DNA of 64,000 nt from Planctomycetota bacterium (GTDB taxonomy: Bacteria > Planctomycetota > Uabimicrobiia > Uabimicrobiales > JABWCH01): positions 53,059 to 117,058 of the forward strand of contig JAGOMP010000001.1 of the NCBI GenBank assembly GCA_017993505.1, written 5' to 3'. Under the pieces are notes generated by a model. That model did no database searches and was not told the DNA's origin. It was given only the letters and a program-made list of their open reading frames with translations. Both the position numbers and the translations under genes were made by a program. This document shows positions 57,064 through 64,000 of the stretch, piece after piece (position 1 is the first letter of the stretch; each line of letters starts with the position of its first letter).

Positions 57064-59712
57064 TTATGATTTTAAAGTTTTTCCAATGCTAACTGTAAAA
57101 GATTGCGAATGATGCAAATATTTTTGAGCTACCTCTTGAATATCTTGGGTAGTGATGGCATCAATGATGTTGGGAAATTGGTACATATAATCAAATCCTA
57201 AGTTATATTTTTCTACCATTATAAGATAAGAGGCAAGAGATTGATTTGTTTGTGAAGAGTATAGAATATTAGCTTTAAGATAATTTTTTGCACTTTGTAG
57301 TTCTTCTTCTGTAATACCATGTTGTTGTAGTATATGAATTTCATTTTGCAAGGCATCTAGCACAAGTTGTTTATTTCTAGAAGAAGTAGCAATTTTAGCG
57401 AGCATAATTCCAGGTTCTAAATCTGCATTACTTGTAAGGCAAAAAGAAATGTCATAACAAAGCCCCAATTCTTCTCGTATTTTTTTCGTGAGTCGATCAG
57501 TCAATCCTGCACTATTGCCTAAAATTCTTTCTAAGATGAGAAGTTTATAATAATCAGGATTTGTGCGTCGTATCCCCATATAACCGTAATATATTAAGAG
57601 TTGAGATATTTGGCGTGGTATATGTTTTTCAACTGGTTTTTTAAGAGAATAAAGTTTGGGAAGTTTTTGAATTTCTAATGTAGATCCTGACCAATGTTTT
57701 GTCTTTTGTTGCAATTGTTCATAAATTTTTTCAGGATTCATATCTCCGCTAATCGCAAACATAATTTGACTAGGTGTAAAATATTGTGAATGAAAGTCAT
57801 ATAAATCTTGTGTTGTTATATTCTGCCAATCTTCCACATGATCCATAAAAAAACTCCCTAGCGGATGTTTTTTATATAATATGCGTCGAACTTCATTGAG
57901 ACCATGAAATTCTGGTATATCTTGCATTCTCAATAAATAACTATGCATTAAGACACGTTCTCTATCTAAATGTTTTTGTTCAAATAAAGGATCTGTAAAT
58001 GTATGATATATCATATCTATCATTTGTGGTAAGTCTACAGATAATGAATTGGTGCTTAAATGCAGAGTTCCACGCAAATATTCTGCTCCTAGATAATCTA
58101 CGATTTCTGAAATTTTCTCTTGTGGATACTTTTTACTTGCACCTATCAATTTCCCAAATAAATAACCAAGTCCTCTTTTCCCTTTTTTATCCATAGGATA
58201 ATGGTAAGGAGCAATATCTACTTCAATAGATGTCCAAGGAATTGTTTTATTTGGTAAAAGGAATAATTGGATTCCATTATCTAGTATATATTTGAACATT
58301 TGAAATTTAGATTGATTTTTTTTAGAGATATTAGGAGTGTATATAATAGGTCGATCAGGGGCTTTTAATTTTGTTTTTTTTTGCGGAATAAGCTTGACTT
58401 TCGAATGTTTTATTTGTTTTTTTGTGTTAGTTTTTGGAAGTAACCAACCAATTAAGACAGTCTCTTTTGCTAAATATTTTTTAGCAAGATTCTGTACATC
58501 TTGCTCTGTGATAGAATGAATAGTTTGCCAAATATTGGCAATATTTTTATATCCATAATATAGTTCTTCATCCGCAATATTTTCAGCATAAGAAAAATTT
58601 GTTTCTTGATCAGAAATACATTCACTTAAATAAATATTTTTAGCTTTTTGAAGTTCATAAGGTGTGATAAGTTTTTCTTGAAATTTTTGGATTTGTTGTA
58701 AAATATTTTTTTTAATTTTATTTGTAGAAATACTTGGCAACATGCTTCCATAAATGGAAAATTTCCCCAAATATTGAAAAAGGCTTGAAATAGCACCTAC
58801 ATTTTGTAACCATGAATTTTGAAGCATCATTTTGCGATATAGCCGTGAAGATTTCCCTTGCCCTAATATAATCGCCAATAAATTCATAATAAGGTCTTCT
58901 TGAGAAGTAAAATTTGGTAACAACCAAGAAAACTGAAAGTAAACCATGTTAATATCTTTATATAAAAGGAGTTCTTTTGTTTGTGTAGGTGGAATATACT
59001 CGGGAATATTCAGTATTGGTTGGGGCACAGAAGGAATATCGCCAAAATATTGTTGTGCTAGCATCATAGCTTGTTTTGCTTCCACATCTCCTACAATAAC
59101 TAAAATGGCATTATTAGGAGCGTATTGTGTTATATAAAATTCTTGGACATCTTGTAATGTAATATTTTTTAATTGATTAGGAAATCCAAGAATTGGGTAA
59201 GCATAGGATGTTTCCTTAAATAAAAGTACGTCTAATTCTTGATCTAAGTATTCAAAATGGTTATCTTGATAACCACTCCATTCTTCTTGCACGATTTTTT
59301 TTTCTTTTTCAATGATTCTTTTTGTCCATTGACATTCGCACATTTGTTCTCGTAAGAATTCTAATGATTTATGCCAATATTCTGTGGTAAATGTATAATA
59401 AAAAGATGTAGAATCAGGGCAAGTATATGCATTATTAAATCCACCTAAATATTGAGTGATTTTATCGATTTCCCCTTGTGCATAATGTTTTGATTTTTGA
59501 AAAAGCAAATGTTCAGTGAGATGAGCAATTCCCGTTTTCCCATGAATCGTATGAATCCCACCGACTTTATATACCATCATGCTAGAGACAATAGAAAGTT
59601 CTCGTTTTTCTAAGACAAGAATTTTTAAGCCGTTCTTTAAATTTGTTTCATAAATAGATGTATTTTCATCTTTTTCTATATGGGGGAATTGAATCTGTTC
59701 GCACGAACTCAT
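57064..59712 (-). CDS. M16-family (pitrilysin/insulinase-like) zinc peptidase, tandem two-module form
   Basis: Inverted zinc motif HLTEHLLF (HxxEH) in the N-terminal module, and a second M16-like half in about 880 aa. Confidence 0.75.
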   Translation of the reverse strand: MSSCEQIQFPHIEKDENTSIYETNLKNGLKILVLEKRELSIVSSMMVYKVGGIHTIHGKTGIAHLTEHLLFQKSKHYAQGEIDKITQYLGGFNNAYTCPDSTSFYYTFTTEYWHKSLEFLREQMCECQWTKRIIEKEKKIVQEEWSGYQDNHFEYLDQELDVLLFKETSYAYPILGFPNQLKNITLQDVQEFYITQYAPNNAILVIVGDVEAKQAMMLAQQYFGDIPSVPQPILNIPEYIPPTQTKELLLYKDINMVYFQFSWLLPNFTSQEDLIMNLLAIILGQGKSSRLYRKMMLQNSWLQNVGAISSLFQYLGKFSIYGSMLPSISTNKIKKNILQQIQKFQEKLITPYELQKAKNIYLSECISDQETNFSYAENIADEELYYGYKNIANIWQTIHSITEQDVQNLAKKYLAKETVLIGWLLPKTNTKKQIKHSKVKLIPQKKTKLKAPDRPIIYTPNISKKNQSKFQMFKYILDNGIQLFLLPNKTIPWTSIEVDIAPYHYPMDKKGKRGLGYLFGKLIGASKKYPQEKISEIVDYLGAEYLRGTLHLSTNSLSVDLPQMIDMIYHTFTDPLFEQKHLDRERVLMHSYLLRMQDIPEFHGLNEVRRILYKKHPLGSFFMDHVEDWQNITTQDLYDFHSQYFTPSQIMFAISGDMNPEKIYEQLQQKTKHWSGSTLEIQKLPKLYSLKKPVEKHIPRQISQLLIYYGYMGIRRTNPDYYKLLILERILGNSAGLTDRLTKKIREELGLCYDISFCLTSNADLEPGIMLAKIATSSRNKQLVLDALQNEIHILQQHGITEEELQSAKNYLKANILYSSQTNQSLASYLIMVEKYNLGFDYMYQFPNIIDAITTQDIQEVAQKYLHHSQSFTVSIGKTLKS

Positions 59713-59715
59713 TGT

Positions 59716-60576
59716 CTAAGGTTTCCTGTTTGTTTTTTTCTGATATTTTCGTTTTGCTTTTGTATTGGGTGCTGGAAATGTTCTTGATTCTACGATTTTT
59801 TTAAGTGGGATTTTTATATCTTTTTTTTCTAGATCACTTTTGCTAGCAATGCGTTTTACTTTTGGTTTTGGCGTTGCTTTGAGACAATTTTCCCAATCTT
59901 GATTTTCAAGTAAACGATATTGACCTGGTTTTAAATCGCCCACTTCAAATTGTCCAAATTTGATACGAATAAGGCGAGATACAGGATACCCGATTTTCGC
60001 AAGCATTCGGCGAATAACTCTATTTTTCCCTTCTCTAAGATGGACTTCTATAACAGAGGAAACCTCACTGGTCTTGACAATTTTTACATGATCAGGGGCA
60101 ACTTTCCCTTCGCTTAACCAAACACCTTGCATAAGTTCTTCTAGTTTTGTTCGTGTAAATTTTTTACGAACTGTAACTCGATATACTTTTGAAATTTGAT
60201 ATTTAGGATGGGCAAGTTTTTGTGCTAGGTCTCCGTCATTTGTCACTAAAATTAAGCCTTCTGAGTCTTTATCCAATCGACCAATCGTAAATAATCGATA
60301 TGAAACAGATTGAAAATAATCAATAACACGTTCGCCTTGATGGGGTGCATTTGTGCATACGCAATTTTGTGGTTTATAAAATAAATAGCAACGTTTTTTT
60401 TCAATGCGTAAAGGTTCTTGATCGCAACGAATGTCTTGTGTTTCAATGTCTACTTTAACCCCTTGTTCTGTCACAACTTTTCCATCTACCGTGACTCGTC
60501 CTTGTTCGATCAAGGTTTCGCATTCTCTTCTAGATCCTAAACCAGCTGTAGCTAAAACTTTTTGTAATCTTTCCAT
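59716..60576 (-). CDS. rluB: RsuA/RluB-family 23S rRNA pseudouridine synthase with S4 domain and K-rich C-terminal tail
   Basis: S4 (LQKVLATAGLGSRRECETLIEQGRVTVDGKVV) and catalytic IGRLDKDSEGLILVTNDG. Start set at the internal Met with a GGAG RBS; the longer ORF reaches 60654. Confidence 0.75.
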   Translation of the reverse strand: MERLQKVLATAGLGSRRECETLIEQGRVTVDGKVVTEQGVKVDIETQDIRCDQEPLRIEKKRCYLFYKPQNCVCTNAPHQGERVIDYFQSVSYRLFTIGRLDKDSEGLILVTNDGDLAQKLAHPKYQISKVYRVTVRKKFTRTKLEELMQGVWLSEGKVAPDHVKIVKTSEVSSVIEVHLREGKNRVIRRMLAKIGYPVSRLIRIKFGQFEVGDLKPGQYRLLENQDWENCLKATPKPKVKRIASKSDLEKKDIKIPLKKIVESRTFPAPNTKAKRKYQKKTNRKP

Positions 60577-60853
60577 GTATTTTACTCCATGGTTTGTTTT
60601 TATATGGGATATATACATTTTTTTGTATATATCATGATGGATAAACTTATTCAAAATTTTTATAAAAATTCTTATAAGATTATAAATAAAATTTTCTAAA
60701 ATTGCTAGTTAAAAGTATATCATTCCAAAGTATTCTACTGAAAATAAATAATAATTTGAAAACAATTAATATAAATTTTTGATTGACATATATTGCATAA
60801 GCATATAAAATAGGTTATGAAAATATCATAAGTTACCTTTTGGGAAAAATGTT

Positions 60854-61723
60854 ATGAGTAATTTTGTTTTTCGTTGTATTTTTTGTATATTTTTCATTTG
60901 TATTGCAATAGATAATCAAGAAATAGAAAAATCAAACAAAAAAATAGGCGTACCAGCAGCATCGTTTGCAGATGAAATCATTACAAAAGAAGAATTATAT
61001 GATTTGATGTTAAAACGATTTCCCAATCAAGTGCAAGCTGTATTAAGTGAAATCGCACTACATCGAATGATTGAATTAGAATGTAAAGAAAAGAATATTG
61101 ATATACCTCGTTCTATGATTATAACGGAAGCAAAAGAAGAATTAACAAAATTAAAAGCTGAAATCCAAGAGAAATTGGGCTTAGAATGGAAATCATATTT
61201 ATCACACAACAAGATACGTGAAAGAGATGTACAAAAAGATCTTTGGCTAAAAGCAAAATATAGTTTAGCAATCTATGCCTTAGTTCGATTACAAGAAAGT
61301 GAAATGGATTTAATTGATGCACGCCACATCTTAGTAAGTAGCCGTGAAAAAGCAGAGTCCATTCGCCAAAAGCTGTTAAATCATGCTGATTTTGGGACTT
61401 TAGCTAAGCAAGAGTCTATTTCACATACTGGACAGAATGGTGGGAAAATTTCCAAAATTGCTCGTGGTGATTTAAAAGATGAAAATTTAGAATTAGCTGT
61501 TTTTTCTTTACCAGTGCATGAAATTAGTAATGTAATAGAATCAAAATACGGGTTTCATATCTGGCAAGTATTGAAAATATATCCAGCTCGTGACAAAGTG
61601 AGTTGGAAAGTTATTTCTAAAGATATTTGGAAACTTTGGAAAAAAAATCCTGTTCTTGAACGAGATTTTCAATTGTGGTTTCAAAAAGTGGAAAAAAAAT
61701 ATCCTCTTCAGAGGATATATTAA
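60854..61723 (+). CDS. PpiC-type (parvulin) peptidyl-prolyl isomerase, SurA/PrsA-like periplasmic chaperone
   Basis: Signal/TM N-terminus; parvulin domain ARHILVSS...FGTLAKQESISHTGQNGGKI...GFHIWQVLK. Confidence 0.75.
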   Translation: MSNFVFRCIFCIFFICIAIDNQEIEKSNKKIGVPAASFADEIITKEELYDLMLKRFPNQVQAVLSEIALHRMIELECKEKNIDIPRSMIITEAKEELTKLKAEIQEKLGLEWKSYLSHNKIRERDVQKDLWLKAKYSLAIYALVRLQESEMDLIDARHILVSSREKAESIRQKLLNHADFGTLAKQESISHTGQNGGKISKIARGDLKDENLELAVFSLPVHEISNVIESKYGFHIWQVLKIYPARDKVSWKVISKDIWKLWKKNPVLERDFQLWFQKVEKKYPLQRIY

Positions 61724-61779
61724 TACTGAATCTAGAGGATATATTAATATTTGATCTGTAAATCTAAATATATCTTGTT

Positions 61780-63165
61780 TTGGAGAAAGGATTTAAGAAA
61801 GGATTTATGAGAAAATTGAAATCGTTTTCTGGTGGCAATCATCCACCAGAATGTAAAAAGCTTACATTAGATAAAGCTTTAATTTCTTTTCCTATACCTA
61901 AAAAATTGTATTGCCTTTTATCACAACATATTGGTGTACCTGCTCGTGCTATTGTGAAAAAAGGAGACTATGTAAAACGTGGGCAAATGATTGCAGAAGC
62001 AACTGAGTTTGTATCCTGTCCAGTCCATGCACCAACATCAGGCACTGTTTTAGGCATTGAACCTACACCACATCCATCAGGGAAAATGTGTGATGCCATT
62101 GTGATTGAGTCGGATGGAAAAGACGTCTGTCAAGCGGGATATGGAGATCGTCGTGCAAAAATTCAAGAACTTTCCAGCGAGGAAATATTGAAAATTATCC
62201 AAGATTCTGGCATTGTAGGTATGGGAGGTGCTGCTTTTCCTACACATGTAAAATTTTCTCCTCCTAAAGAGAAAAAAATAGATACATTTATTATAAATGC
62301 ATCTGAATGTGAACCTTATTTAACTTGCGACCATCGTCTTATATTACAATATGCGCGAGAAATTTTAAAGGGTGCAAAATTATTACAAAAAGTTTTAGAC
62401 GTACCAGATATTCATATTGGTATTGAAGCTAATAAATATGATGCTTATGATCTGATTCAAAAAGAAATTGGCAGTAAAAAGAACATTCATACACATTTAT
62501 TAAAAGTTAAATATCCACAAGGGGCAGAAAAACAACTCATCAAGGCAGTTTTAAATCGCACTGTTCCTGCTGGTGGTCTTCCTATGGATGTGGGTGTAAT
62601 TGTTCAAAATGTTGCATCTGTATATGCTACATATCGTGCTGTTTACCAACAAGAACCTCTTACTGAAAGATATGTTACAGTTACAGGTTCTGGCATTGAG
62701 CATCCGCAAGATTTTCTTGTACGACTTGGCACACCTATTCGCAATCTTTTAGAACACGTTGGTCTAAAAGATTCAGCAACAAAAATTATCCTCGGCGGTC
62801 CTATGATGGGTCTTGCACAATATTCACTAGATGTTCCAGTCACTAAAGGAACAAATGGCATAGTAGTTTTAACAGAACCTGTTAATAGTGAATTTGAACA
62901 TTGCATTCGTTGTGGTGACTGTGTGCGTCATTGTCCTATGTTTTTATTACCCTATAAATTATCGATTGCTATGGAAAAAGGACGGCTAGATTTAGCAGAA
63001 AAATTAGATATTAAAGATTGCATGGAATGTGGCGTTTGCTCTTATGTTTGTCCAGCAAATCGTCCTATCGTTCACTTCATTAGAATGGGAAAAGCAGAAA
63101 TCCTCAAAAAGAACGCAGAAATCCTCAAAAAGAAACAAGCTAGAAATAAACAGGCTAACGAATAA
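61780..63165 (+). CDS. rnfC: Rnf complex subunit C
   Basis: FSGGNHPP, GMGGAAFPTHVK and two CxxCxxCxxxCP ferredoxin motifs. An alternative start lies at 61807. Confidence 0.85.
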   Translation: MEKGFKKGFMRKLKSFSGGNHPPECKKLTLDKALISFPIPKKLYCLLSQHIGVPARAIVKKGDYVKRGQMIAEATEFVSCPVHAPTSGTVLGIEPTPHPSGKMCDAIVIESDGKDVCQAGYGDRRAKIQELSSEEILKIIQDSGIVGMGGAAFPTHVKFSPPKEKKIDTFIINASECEPYLTCDHRLILQYAREILKGAKLLQKVLDVPDIHIGIEANKYDAYDLIQKEIGSKKNIHTHLLKVKYPQGAEKQLIKAVLNRTVPAGGLPMDVGVIVQNVASVYATYRAVYQQEPLTERYVTVTGSGIEHPQDFLVRLGTPIRNLLEHVGLKDSATKIILGGPMMGLAQYSLDVPVTKGTNGIVVLTEPVNSEFEHCIRCGDCVRHCPMFLLPYKLSIAMEKGRLDLAEKLDIKDCMECGVCSYVCPANRPIVHFIRMGKAEILKKNAEILKKKQARNKQANE

Positions 63166-63175
63166 GGTGGAACAA

Positions 63176-64000
63176 TGGCAGAAAATCAAAATACAAAAGC
63201 AGAAAAGCTGTATACTGTAACTTCATCGCCTCATATTCATAAAAAAATTAATATTCCGATCATTATGTGGACTGTTGTTTTATGTCTTTTACCTGCAGGT
63301 GCGATGGGTGTATATACACAAGGTTGGAAAGCTTTGTGGGTAATTTTAATCAGCGTTGCAACAGCCGTAATAACAGAATTTATATGTCAAAAAATACGTG
63401 GCGTAAAAGTGACTTTATATGATGGAAGTGCTGTTGTTACAGGACTTTTGTTTGCATATGTTATTTCGTGTGAAAGTTATTGGTATGTTGTTATTTTAGG
63501 TTCATTTTTTTCTATTGCAGTGGTAAAACATGCATTTGGTGGTTTAGGATTGAACATATGGAACCCTGCACTTGCAGGTCGTGCTTTTGTCATGGCTTCT
63601 TTTAGTTTAGTCATGACGTCTGTTTGGCCTGTAGTAGAGCCTGCTAGTTGTTCTATAAATAAGCCCAATATAGAAAAAGTAGAAATGCAGACAACAACAA
63701 GTGCAACTCCTCTACGAAGTGTGAAACAAGCAGTCACAGCCTCTCGTGAAACACATGACAAGGAAAGTTTAGGAAAAACACCAGAAGAAACATGGAATAA
63801 TATTAAAAAAGCACACGCTGTATCTTACTATGATTTAGCAATTGGAACAGTCAATGGTTGCATCGGAGAAACTAGCTCCTTGCTACTATTGCTTGGTGGA
63901 CTTGTATTAATCATTCGAGGCTACATTAGATGGCAATTGCCTTTAACGATTATATCTACTATTGCATTATGTGCTTGGATATTTCCTGTCAATGTAGGAT
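63176..64000 (+). CDS. rnfD: Rnf complex subunit D (5' partial within window)
   Basis: The first ~275 residues read from 63176 to the window edge form several hydrophobic helices consistent with the NqrB/RnfD family. The FMN-attachment region lies beyond the window. It immediately follows rnfC. Confidence 0.7.

Noticed and set aside
1-64000. Mobile elements, integrases, transposases, restriction-modification or toxin-antitoxin modules
   Set aside because: No ORF showed DDE/HUH transposase, tyrosine or serine recombinase, methyltransferase or nuclease motifs. GC content and gene density are uniform, so there is no evidence of an island boundary.

Overview
AT-rich (about 31% GC, estimated by eye) chromosomal segment from a diderm bacterium of uncertain lineage. 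The diderm call rests on TolC-like OMP, LolE/LolD, MlaE, a SurA/PpiC-like rotamase, a DUF374 lipid-A-associated acyltransferase and many lipoboxes. The code is standard: TAA, TAG and TGA are all used as stops. No transposase, integrase or CRISPR array was found. About 50 protein genes and one tRNA-Ser(GGA) are called. Housekeeping content includes a split Rnf complex (rnfEAB at 18.2-20.3 kb, rnfCD at 61.8-64.0 kb), ligA, hflX, yajC plus a fused secDF, recJ, PPi-dependent phosphofructokinase, a pseudouridine synthase, an M16 peptidase, an M24 peptidase, glycosyltransferases and an EPS priming sugar transferase. Accessory content is more unusual. (1) A tandem-BMC-domain shell-type protein sits directly upstream of a CoA-acylating (EutE/PduP-type) aldehyde dehydrogenase, with no other shell genes in the window. 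(2) Two adjacent secreted paralogs share an N-terminal C2-like (Ca2+/lipid-binding beta-sandwich) domain; the second carries a long repetitive coiled coil. (3) An envelope-stress-like module comprises an ECF sigma factor, a ZAS anti-sigma factor, an HtrA-like PDZ protein whose catalytic Ser appears replaced, a flotillin-like SPFH protein and an HTH-receiver regulator. (4) A cluster of eukaryote-like signalling domains includes Ser/Thr kinase-FHA, WD40-TPR, a CAP/SCP domain and a Cys-rich protein with a poly-acidic tail. (5) Two genes appear interrupted at homopolymer A tracts (A9 at 51382-51390, A7 at 1712-1718). (6) Several in-frame tandem DNA repeats lie inside surface-protein genes. Identifications rest on remembered family motifs read from the translations; no database search was possible.
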